NCBI GenBank assembly: GCA_963699755.1
Contig: CAVOVB010000003.1
Location: 672,001-736,000 of the forward strand
Reading direction: 5' to 3'
Source: an uncultured delta proteobacterium
GTDB lineage: Bacteria; Myxococcota_A; Polyangia; Polyangiales; Houyiibacteriaceae
DNA length: 64,000 nucleotides
Part shown: piece by piece, positions 9,480 through 17,879 of the stretch
Numbering within the stretch: the first letter of the stretch is position 1
Layout: the number at the start of each line of letters is the position of its first letter
Position numbers and translations under genes: made by a program
Notes under the pieces: model-generated
What the model was told of the DNA's origin: nothing
Database searches by the model: none
Seen by the model: the letters and a program-made list of their open reading frames with translations, nothing else

Positions 9480-10514
9480 CTAGGCCTGCGCGACGAACTC
9501 GTGCCGAGGCTCGCGAGGCTGTTGAAGCGCGCGCGCCAGGAACGAAAGCTGCTCGCGCCAGCAGCGCCGCGCCTGGCGTCGCCAGACCAGAGCGTGAAAC
9601 GCGTGAAGCTCGCCTTCGTAGTAGCGCGCTTCGCATTCGACGCCCATCGCCTTGAGGGCGCGGTCGAGGCGGCGCGTATCGTCGAGCAAGGGGTCGCGTG
9701 TGCCGATGGGCACGAAGAATGCGGGGAGGGCGCGGTCCGGGCGCTCGCGTCGTTCGAAGACATGCAGTGGATCGGCAAGGTCCAGCTCACCGGGTGCATG
9801 TGCATGAAGCGCTCCGACATACAAATCGTTCATGCCTTCGAGAATGTCGTTCACCCATCGAGGCAGCTTGCGTTTGCGGTTCAAGCGCTCCGGGTTGGTG
9901 ACTTGGAGCGGCGCACAGGCAGGAGCGACCGCAGTGGGTACCAAGCCGGTCGCGAACGCGCGCTGCGCAAAGGGCTCGGAGCGTCGGTAGCAGCAGCAGA
10001 TGGTGAGCGCAGTGGCTAAGTTGCCGCCTGCCGATTCGCCTGCGAAGACCAATCGGCTCAGGTCACCACCATAGCCTTCGGCGTTCTCCGACACCCATTC
10101 GAGCGCCGCGCAGACATCGGACACTGCCGCCGGGTACGGGTGCTCGGGCGCGAGTCGGTAGTCGACGTTGAACACCAGATAGCCCGCGCGCGCGAACGCC
10201 AGCCCCATGAACCAATGGGTGTTCTTCGACAAGAGATTGAAGCCGCCGCCGTGCATATAGAGGACGATCGGGAGAGCGACGGCCTGGCTCGCGGGCCGAT
10301 AGATGTCGAGCCTGTGGCGTGGATTGCCGCCTCGGACGTACTCGACGTCTCTGATCACCTGTACACCATGTCTGGCGGGGTTCGAGAGTGGATGCAAGCG
10401 TCCGAGGCGCGAGAGACTTCCGACCAAGCCTTCGCCCATCACGGCATGGGCGTGGCGCCGGAGCCGTTTGCGTGTGCGCTGAAGGCAGGAAAGAGGCCGG
10501 GGCTTGGGGGGCAT
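9480..10514 (-). CDS. Alpha/beta hydrolase (HSL-family esterase/lipase)
   Basis: HGGGF, DYRLAPEHPYP, GESAG, DPL and HAF motifs. Confidence 0.9.
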   Translation of the reverse strand: MPPKPRPLSCLQRTRKRLRRHAHAVMGEGLVGSLSRLGRLHPLSNPARHGVQVIRDVEYVRGGNPRHRLDIYRPASQAVALPIVLYMHGGGFNLLSKNTHWFMGLAFARAGYLVFNVDYRLAPEHPYPAAVSDVCAALEWVSENAEGYGGDLSRLVFAGESAGGNLATALTICCCYRRSEPFAQRAFATGLVPTAVAPACAPLQVTNPERLNRKRKLPRWVNDILEGMNDLYVGALHAHAPGELDLADPLHVFERRERPDRALPAFFVPIGTRDPLLDDTRRLDRALKAMGVECEARYYEGELHAFHALVWRRQARRCWREQLSFLARALQQPREPRHEFVAQA

Positions 10515-10620
10515 GGGGAACTTGTATCACGGTCTTGGGAAAGGCCGCGGGATTCGGCGTGCAGTCGGATGAAGCCGCCGTTTTTTTGTGCTTAATCGGG
10601 GCCGGGCGTATTCCTCGAGG

Positions 10621-11022
10621 ATGCCTTCTGCGAGCTTGAAGCCAATTGTTGCAGCGCTGCTAGTGGCGGTGCTCATGGCGGCCGTTCCAAGCCAGGGGCA
10701 CGCGAGCTCCTCCGGCCGGCTCGATGCCTTGGTCGTTCGTCAGAAAATCCACAAAGACCTTCCTAAGATCAATCGCTGCTACGAGTCCGCGCTCCGCTAC
10801 GCGCCCGAGCTTGCGGGCAAGGTTTCAATTCGCTTCGCCGTAGTGCGCAAGGGCTACGTCAAAGGCCTGCAGGTCGTCCAGAATACGACCGGCAACGATC
10901 GGGTCGAGCGCTGCGTCGCGCGTGTGGTCAGCGCCATTCGATTCCCCAGCCGCCGAACGGGCAAGAGCCTCAGCTTCACGTTCCCATTCGTCTTCGCGCC
11001 GCAGGACGGCCGCTCTCAGTAA
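10621..11022 (+). CDS. Secreted AgmX/PglI C-terminal (TonB-C-like) domain protein
   Basis: Signal peptide; INRCYE...P.L.G.V...F...VERCV...IRFP...FPFVF. Confidence 0.8.
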   Translation: MPSASLKPIVAALLVAVLMAAVPSQGHASSSGRLDALVVRQKIHKDLPKINRCYESALRYAPELAGKVSIRFAVVRKGYVKGLQVVQNTTGNDRVERCVARVVSAIRFPSRRTGKSLSFTFPFVFAPQDGRSQ

Positions 11023-11030
11023 TCGGTTCC

Positions 11031-12950
11031 CTATTCGCAGACGATGACTACGTCTTCGGATTGTTGCTCGAATGGCTCCTCGAGCGGATTGGGTGCTGGA
11101 TCGCCCGGTAAAAGCAAGCCGCAGTTTTCACAGACGACGTTGACCCAGTTCTCGTCGCGACCGTCGGGGCCGCTGGCGAGCATGGCTCCGACCCAGTCGA
11201 CGATCGTAGGGACGCCGCCCGTGGTGTCATCATAGACCTTGTCGCTGCCAAACATCGTATGGCGCGATCCGGTGCCGAAGTAGTAGCGGTAGTTGTCAGG
11301 TACAGCCGCGAACGTGTCTTCCGACTGCGAGAGAGCGTTCGCGCCGAACGCGCAGCTGGCGTCCCACCAATTGAGCGCACCGAGGGGGCTCCCCAAGAGC
11401 ATGACGTTGTAGAAGCCCGTCTGCCCGCCTTGGCCTCCGTCGAACTTGGTCGAGTAGTGCGCCCAGTTGGTTTTTGGAGCCCACTTGGCGACCGCTTCGG
11501 TGTAGGCCGGCATCCCGTCGCCTGTCGTGATCGCCTCGAGGACCCCTGGGATGTCGGGCAGGTTGGCGACGAAGTTCCAATTGCTGAACTCGTTGTTGAG
11601 GAAGTCCGTGGTGATCACGCCGTTGCCAGCGTCGGCGAGCACGTGAATCTGAGAAGCCGGCCATACCTCGTGGAGGAGGGGGGCGTTGAACCATGCCCCA
11701 TACGCGCCCGCGCTCGACCCCGTGACGAACACTTCCTCCGGATTGACGAAGTGCTCCCTCGCCCACTTCTCGGCCACCTTGGAGTTGTGATAGCCCTTGT
11801 GCTCAACGATGACGTTGCCATAGTCCTGCGTCGCGTCGCCGAAGTGGATGTCGCAGGTGCAGTACGACACGATCACGACGTTCCAGTCGCGGAAGGGATT
11901 GTTCTCGTTGCTGAGATCCGCGAACCCAGACGACAAAGCGTTGGGATCATCGGTCGCGGTCGAGGTCTTGCAGATCGCGCCGGTGATCTGCGTCCCCCCG
12001 CAGGTGAGGTTGTCCCAGCATGCGCCGCCGCCTTGGTAGTACATCAGCAGCTTGTTGACGCTGCCTCGCTTTGCGAAGTAGCGATATTCGGAGCCCTGCA
12101 TGCACTGGGGCGTGTAGGTCCGTCCTAGGTAGTCAGTCGGTCCAGGTGTCAGCGTCGTATATTGCGCGTCCGCAAGCATCGGTGTCACGACGGTCTTGTC
12201 GACGAGCTCGCCGGTGAGCGTCTCGAGGTCGTCACCGATCTCTTGATCGCTCGCATTGGTCGGGCAGGTGCCGGACGTCGCATCGGCCCAGGCCGCCAAG
12301 AAGGCGCTGGACGCGGCACCCTTGGCCGCATCGAGGGTCGATCGGTCGGAGTCCGCGAAGAGATCGCCGACGTGCGCGCTCTCTGCCATGAGCAGGTCTT
12401 CACAAGCGTCACCGGCGGCCGCAAGCAAATCGGCGCCACATTGGGCCTGTTCGTTTTGGCCGAGGTCGAGTCCATCGTTGATCGAGGCGGCGATGGTTGC
12501 GATTGCAGATTCCAGGGCAGCGCCGGCTTCGCTCGAACTTAGGGCGAGGTCCGAGCAGCTCGCGCCGTCATCCTCGGCGTCGGCCTCGGCGGCATCCCAG
12601 GCCTCTCCGAGCGTGATGCCAGCCGCCGCCGCCGCGGCATTCCTCGCTTCTTCGTTCTGGTCGCTCTCCCAAGCCTGCCACGCGTCGAACAAGGCCTTGC
12701 AAAAGGTGCCACCCGCCGCCTGCTTCGCGGCGACACAGACGTTGCCCGCATAGGCTTCGAGCGGCATTGCCCCGCCAGCGCCTCCCTCACCGCCAGTCCC
12801 AGCGCCCCCACCGCTGCCACCAGCACCCGCGTCACCCCCCGATCCGCCAGAGCCAGGTGTTCCGGCCGTGCTCGCGCTCTCGCTACAACCGACGCCTAAT
12901 GAGAGCGGGATCGCCACCAGCGCAACAAAAGCCAAGGTCCTGCGTCGCAT
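11031..12950 (-). CDS. Pectinacetylesterase/Notum-like hydrolase lipoprotein
   Basis: Lipobox GVGC, Gly-rich linker, YQGGGAC, YCTCDIHFG, TGSSAG, ADAG. Confidence 0.82.
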   Translation of the reverse strand: MRRRTLAFVALVAIPLSLGVGCSESASTAGTPGSGGSGGDAGAGGSGGGAGTGGEGGAGGAMPLEAYAGNVCVAAKQAAGGTFCKALFDAWQAWESDQNEEARNAAAAAAGITLGEAWDAAEADAEDDGASCSDLALSSSEAGAALESAIATIAASINDGLDLGQNEQAQCGADLLAAAGDACEDLLMAESAHVGDLFADSDRSTLDAAKGAASSAFLAAWADATSGTCPTNASDQEIGDDLETLTGELVDKTVVTPMLADAQYTTLTPGPTDYLGRTYTPQCMQGSEYRYFAKRGSVNKLLMYYQGGGACWDNLTCGGTQITGAICKTSTATDDPNALSSGFADLSNENNPFRDWNVVIVSYCTCDIHFGDATQDYGNVIVEHKGYHNSKVAEKWAREHFVNPEEVFVTGSSAGAYGAWFNAPLLHEVWPASQIHVLADAGNGVITTDFLNNEFSNWNFVANLPDIPGVLEAITTGDGMPAYTEAVAKWAPKTNWAHYSTKFDGGQGGQTGFYNVMLLGSPLGALNWWDASCAFGANALSQSEDTFAAVPDNYRYYFGTGSRHTMFGSDKVYDDTTGGVPTIVDWVGAMLASGPDGRDENWVNVVCENCGLLLPGDPAPNPLEEPFEQQSEDVVIVCE

Positions 12951-13062
12951 CTGCACCTCCGTTTCCACGTCTTGTCCTATGCAACCCTATGCTCCGTCAA
13001 GCCCGCCGTGGAGCGTTAGCCCTAGTGCGGGGCGCTTCCTGGCCACGAAGACGGCAGCCCGG

Positions 13063-13136
13063 TTCAAACCCGTCGACCGGTCTTCATCTTCGTTCACAAA
13101 AATTCATCGAAATTCATCACAACTCACACCGATTCA
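13063..13136. repeat. 10-bp-phased TTCA direct-repeat array
   Basis: TTCA at 13063, 13083, 13093, 13103, 13113 and 13133; CTCA at 13123; TCGA at 13073. Confidence 0.75.
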
Positions 13137-13262
13137 GAAACGCTTCCGGTACTGTCGACAGTGAGCAACGTGGACCGAAGCTGCCCCATGGCGACGACAG
13201 TGAGCGCGGCGGGTGAGGCCCATCGCGCTGGTCATAGAGCTTGCAACGAGAAGGAGGACGCC

Positions 13263-14906
13263 ATGAGGAGATATTCGAAGGCAATCACGCGATGGCTTGC
13301 GGTATTGTGTCTGTTCGGCCTCACCGCTTGCGGATGGCCCGCCACGGTCGAGGTGGCCAGCGAGAGCTCCAACATCGGCGTTCGCGGCACGGTCCCATTC
13401 GGTGCTCAGAACGGTAGCGTCACGATCCGCGCACAGTATCCCTTCGAGCCATTCACGTGGCTGTGGCTTGCTGTTGACACGCCGACCTTGACCTCGCCGA
13501 GCGCGAACAACCTCTCGGTGAACGCCGCGGCGGATTGGAGCGCTTCTTTTCGAATGCCCTCCTGGGCATGGAGGGACGGCGCTCAGGGCAGCTTTGCGCG
13601 CTACTTCGTGCAGGCGAACAGCATCTGCGGAGGAGGAGGGGTGACCTGCGATTTCGACCTGGCGTCCGAGCCGGTCGATGCAGCGTGTGCCTCGAAGGCC
13701 TTGGCCGATGGGGTCAAGGTGGCCGCGGGCTTCTGCAGGCCCCCGTCCCTCGGACCGGGCTCGCAGGTCCCTGCGCTGCTGATGGGGTATCCGGCAATGA
13801 GCGCCGACGACGTCGCTCGACCCACCGACTTCCTGAAAGGGACGGGTTACTATTTCCATGCCTGCACGGCCGACTTCTTGCCCGAGGGCAGCCACCGCCG
13901 GAGCTACTGCGACCGACCGTACGTCAATGTGAAAGATACCAATGGGAAGGTCACAAAGATCCTGACTGAGTACGCCTTCGCCGATCAGAGCCCAGCCAGG
14001 CTCATTCAGTCCGTGTCCTGGGTCGGCGACGGGAGCACCATTTTGGCTATGCACGATACCCACTACCAAGGCCGATACACTCGTAATCCGCGGGTTCGCT
14101 ACTACCCGTACTTCGGGAGTCGAGACAGCAGCACGCCGAACAGCTGGTCCGCGGGCGCCTACGACGAGCGGGTGACGCTGATCGACCTGGGCGAATGCTC
14201 CGTGCGGGTCAGCTGGGACGACGTCATGAATGGTATTGGGCAAGATTTCGAGGGCTTTCTCGCCCTTGCAGCACCGCTGATCGAGGAGACGTTCAAGAGC
14301 GCCTCCCAACGTGTGGGAGGCAATGATCGCATCACTTCCGCGACCGTCACCAACCTTCGCATCACGGTAAGGCCTGCGAAGCCCGCGAACAGCCCTCCCG
14401 ATGCGCCGAGGTATTTCCAGACAGGGCCCATCCTTCTGCACTTCAACGTTCATGCGGACGGTCGTGCTGGCAGGCAATTCGATGCCGAGATCGAGCTGGG
14501 CCTTGGCCTCGAGATCCGCTCCGGCAAGGCGATCGCCCGCGCCGAATCCTCTGAGATATTGTGGATCGATGCCGATGGCGCCTTCTGGCAAAACCGAAGG
14601 CTCGACGACCTCAAGAACGCGATCACGGGCATAGCGGGCACCGAGTTTGATCTGAGTGCAGATCTGCTGAAGATCGCCGATGCCTTGCTGTCACCCCAAG
14701 ATCGCCAAATATTCGAGGCCAGCAGGGGAAGGCCGTTCGGCATCCAGGATCTCAGGCGGGCCGTGATCGCCCTGAACGGCCTGCACGTCATTCTTGCCGA
14801 AGACGGCGCGGACGCGAACTACGTCTTGCTGGGCCTGGCGGGCCTTTGCGAACACGCTGCAAGCCGGATCGGGCCATTGACTGCCGACGCCAGTTGGTGG
14901 CCGTAG
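13263..14906 (+). CDS. Hypothetical lipoprotein (no recognised family)
   Basis: AAGGAGG RBS before ATG at 13263; MRRYSK...CLFGLTAC lipobox; 547 aa. Confidence 0.72.
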   Translation: MRRYSKAITRWLAVLCLFGLTACGWPATVEVASESSNIGVRGTVPFGAQNGSVTIRAQYPFEPFTWLWLAVDTPTLTSPSANNLSVNAAADWSASFRMPSWAWRDGAQGSFARYFVQANSICGGGGVTCDFDLASEPVDAACASKALADGVKVAAGFCRPPSLGPGSQVPALLMGYPAMSADDVARPTDFLKGTGYYFHACTADFLPEGSHRRSYCDRPYVNVKDTNGKVTKILTEYAFADQSPARLIQSVSWVGDGSTILAMHDTHYQGRYTRNPRVRYYPYFGSRDSSTPNSWSAGAYDERVTLIDLGECSVRVSWDDVMNGIGQDFEGFLALAAPLIEETFKSASQRVGGNDRITSATVTNLRITVRPAKPANSPPDAPRYFQTGPILLHFNVHADGRAGRQFDAEIELGLGLEIRSGKAIARAESSEILWIDADGAFWQNRRLDDLKNAITGIAGTEFDLSADLLKIADALLSPQDRQIFEASRGRPFGIQDLRRAVIALNGLHVILAEDGADANYVLLGLAGLCEHAASRIGPLTADASWWP

Positions 14907-15010
14907 CGGCGCCCGTGGCGCGCGACGCGGATGGCTTCCCCGCGGGGCGGGTAAACTCGACATTCGAAAATGGGAGAAACCGGACATTATGGCTTGGGGC
15001 CTACAAGGAA

Positions 15011-15038
15011 ATTTCGCAGAACCTATATTATGTAAACT
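15011..15038. other. dif site (XerCD chromosome-dimer resolution site)
   Basis: ATTTCGCAGAA-CCTATA-TTATGTAAACT has the 11-6-11 layout; right arm equals the TTATGTAAACT XerD-type arm; AT-rich intergenic position. Confidence 0.85.
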
Positions 15039-15090
15039 TTTCTGTCGGCCGCGCCGAGCCTCTCACGCAGCGAGGGTCGCTCGCCCCGTC

Positions 15091-16749
15091 TCACCGCTCG
15101 CACGACAGCGCAGCAAGTTGTTTCTCGAGATGCTGGTCCGTCTCTGGGTCGGCGGTTTTCTCCGACCAGACCTCAAGCTGAGCGCGGACGGTTTCGCAGC
15201 GCGGGCCTGCTCGGACCGTGGCCACGAGCGCGTCGATGGCCTCTCGTGTCTTCACGGTGTCGCTCGCCTTGATCGCCAGGTCGTACGTCGGAATGATGAT
15301 CGGTCTCGGCCATGGTGGCGGCGGCATCGATGAAAGGTGTTTGCGGAGGCCCGTTCGGTCCGCGCGCCGTGATGCAGAATTGGCAAAGTAGTAGTGGATG
15401 CTCGGGTCGTCAGAGTGGTCGCGCAGCAGGGCTTGGTCATAGGCATCTTGGCTCGCATATGCTTCGCTGGCCCTGTGGGTCTGCACGGTTGCATAGGCGA
15501 GCAGGCCGATCCCAACCGTGCATAGCGCAACTCGAGCACGGCGGCTTCGCGAGACTGCGCGGAGGATGGTGGGCTGCAGTGCGAGCAGCGCTAGAATCGA
15601 CGGCATGTAGAGGTACCGGTCGAAGCCCATCCAGAACGCACCCGACACGATGACGACAGGCGTGAGCGTCAGGAGCGCGCCGATCCAATACACGACTCCC
15701 GACCAGTCGCGGCGGTAGATCAGAAGCGAGAAGATCAGAAACGCAATCGCGAGCCCAAACCAGTCGCTCGGCGACCATGGCCCGAACAGCACCCAGGAGA
15801 GCGACTGCATCGCCTCTGCTGGAAAGGTCAGAAGCGCCTCGGTCCCCTTTCCCAGCAGGCGCGGAACCGACAACCAGATGACGGGGTCCGAGAAGACGTT
15901 TTCCGATGCACCGAGTTGACCTCCGAAGGGCGCGAAGATCGTTCGTAGGACGAGGTGTACCGCGATTCCGGCCGTGATCGCGCTTCCCGCTAGCCGTGAC
16001 TGGGTAGCCCGCGTCCGCGTTGCCCAAGCGAACCACGCGGCGACGGCGGCGATGGCAAACGGCAGCTTGGAGCTGGCGCCGAGAAAGGCGACGAGGCCCA
16101 GCATGAACAGCCTCGCCATATTGCGTTCCTGCGTCGCGCCCACGCGGTTCAGCAAGAGCGCAAGCAGCACCAGCCAGAACCCCGCGACGAGGTCCGAGCG
16201 CCCGTTGATCCACACGTACGCCTCGACGTGCACGGGATGAAGAAAGAAGAGCGCTGCAAGCGCCGAGGCGACGAGCTCATCGGTCCCATTCCCTGCACGC
16301 GCCGGATTGGGTGTTTGACTCCTGAGAACGCCAAACAGGAGGAGACTCGTCGCCGCATGCAGCAACCAGCCCACCGCGTGATGAAGCCAGGGCGCCGGCA
16401 CCAGCACATGCGTTCCGATCAACGTGAACATCGTGACCGGTCGATACGGACCGACTTGATCCTCAGCGAAGAGATAGCTTGCCGCGTTTCGTTGAAAGAC
16501 AGCCCCGAGCTCGGTCCAATCTCGGTAGAGATAGTTGCGGACCATGTGCCAGTCGTCGCCGACCCAGTGGCCTGACAAGCCAACCCAGGTCGCCGCCAAG
16601 GAGAGCACGGCGAGCAGAATCGCAAACTCCCCTCGGCCAAGCCAGTGCCGTCGTTCCATCCGCGGCGATCCTACTGAGATCGGCGGAACCGGGGCGAGCT
16701 TTCGATCAGCGCCAGAGCTCGTTCTCGCCAGGGACTTGTGTGTTTGCAA
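15091..16749 (-). CDS. GT-C-fold integral membrane glycosyltransferase (TMTC-like)
   Basis: GDD after TM1, YRPV, HPVHVEAYVWINGRSDL, DRYLY, about 10 TM helices. True start probably near 16659. Confidence 0.7.
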   Translation of the reverse strand: MQTHKSLARTSSGADRKLAPVPPISVGSPRMERRHWLGRGEFAILLAVLSLAATWVGLSGHWVGDDWHMVRNYLYRDWTELGAVFQRNAASYLFAEDQVGPYRPVTMFTLIGTHVLVPAPWLHHAVGWLLHAATSLLLFGVLRSQTPNPARAGNGTDELVASALAALFFLHPVHVEAYVWINGRSDLVAGFWLVLLALLLNRVGATQERNMARLFMLGLVAFLGASSKLPFAIAAVAAWFAWATRTRATQSRLAGSAITAGIAVHLVLRTIFAPFGGQLGASENVFSDPVIWLSVPRLLGKGTEALLTFPAEAMQSLSWVLFGPWSPSDWFGLAIAFLIFSLLIYRRDWSGVVYWIGALLTLTPVVIVSGAFWMGFDRYLYMPSILALLALQPTILRAVSRSRRARVALCTVGIGLLAYATVQTHRASEAYASQDAYDQALLRDHSDDPSIHYYFANSASRRADRTGLRKHLSSMPPPPWPRPIIIPTYDLAIKASDTVKTREAIDALVATVRAGPRCETVRAQLEVWSEKTADPETDQHLEKQLAALSCER

Positions 16750-16818
16750 AAGTTCACTCAGATGGTGAGCGGCGCCCTACTCTTGGCTTGACGACGAGCG
16801 CGTGGACAAGACCGGCGC

Positions 16819-17766
16819 CTAGTGAGCCAGAATGACTTCTGCGAGCCCATCGAGGCGCCCGAGCAAGAAACGCTCTGACGGGCTAAAGGATCTTCTCTCA
16901 CGGCTGTGGATGATCTGCAGATAAGCCCGCACGTACTTGCGTCGGCGGTAGTCTTGCCGCCGGACCAGGTCGTGCAGCGCCTCAATCGTCTCTGCGTGCA
17001 TCAAGCGGCCCGTTGCCATGTGGATGCGGAACAGCCAATCGATCCACTTGCTGTCTTGGAGCCCCTCTGCCAGCTGCAGCGCGTAGCTGATTGCCGCGCC
17101 GAACATGGCCTCGGGGTCGTCCTTGTCGGAGTCGCTGAGCGGCCGGTTTCGCAGCGCCCGTTCGAGGAGCGCATCGAGGTGCGGGATCAGTATCCGTTGG
17201 GCCTCGTCGAATCGGCCCATGCTGATCGCCTTGGTCGCGATGTTTCCAAGAACGTCGAGTTTGCGGGCCGTGTGGGTGCTCTCCGAGCCTCCCCATTCGG
17301 ATTGGGCCGAAACGACCGACGAGCTCAGACTGTGGGATCGCTCCGGCTCTTTCCAGGTCGCGCCGGCGTCGGAAGCGAGACGCGCCCCGCAGTCGCCGCA
17401 GAAGCGCTTGGCGATGCCGTTGATCGCGCCGCAGATGTCGCAAGCGATGTGCCGATCGGTGGTTGTCCGGTCGTTCATCCTGTCGGCATCGATGAGCACC
17501 AGCTCCTGCGAGCCGATGTATATGCGGTCCATGTGCTGCAACGGACATTCGCCCTGGATTCGAACGCCGTTGACGGCAACACCATTTCGGCTCGCCAGGT
17601 CTCGGAGCAGGACGGCCCCCGGCTCGATCAGAAGCACAGCGTGCCTGCGCGAAACCAGCCCGTCGGACACGGCAAGGCTACATGCCGAGCTCCGACCGAT
17701 GGCGAACTCCTCCCCGGGCCGAAGCTCGAGGTTGGTCGACTGATATCGCAATCTAAAACGTGCCAC
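16819..17766 (-). CDS. FHA domain protein with zinc ribbon
   Basis: IGRSS...VSRRHA...DL.SRNG..VNG; CDIC...CGDC. Confidence 0.88.
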   Translation of the reverse strand: MARFRLRYQSTNLELRPGEEFAIGRSSACSLAVSDGLVSRRHAVLLIEPGAVLLRDLASRNGVAVNGVRIQGECPLQHMDRIYIGSQELVLIDADRMNDRTTTDRHIACDICGAINGIAKRFCGDCGARLASDAGATWKEPERSHSLSSSVVSAQSEWGGSESTHTARKLDVLGNIATKAISMGRFDEAQRILIPHLDALLERALRNRPLSDSDKDDPEAMFGAAISYALQLAEGLQDSKWIDWLFRIHMATGRLMHAETIEALHDLVRRQDYRRRKYVRAYLQIIHSRERRSFSPSERFLLGRLDGLAEVILAH

Positions 17767-17879
17767 CCCAAGTACAGGCTAGCAGCTCGAGTATCGGACT
17801 GACCAATCCGCTCGAGGCCCGCAGTGTGCGAGTCAGAGCGGACAGGGAACATCGAAACAGTGGCTGCGAGCCCGGGCCC

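Noticed and set aside
14930..14998. Possible second dif copy (GTAAACT at 14951; AGAAACCGGACATTATG near 14975)
   Set aside because: Only fragments match and there is no 11-6-11 site, so an integrated Xer element cannot be claimed.
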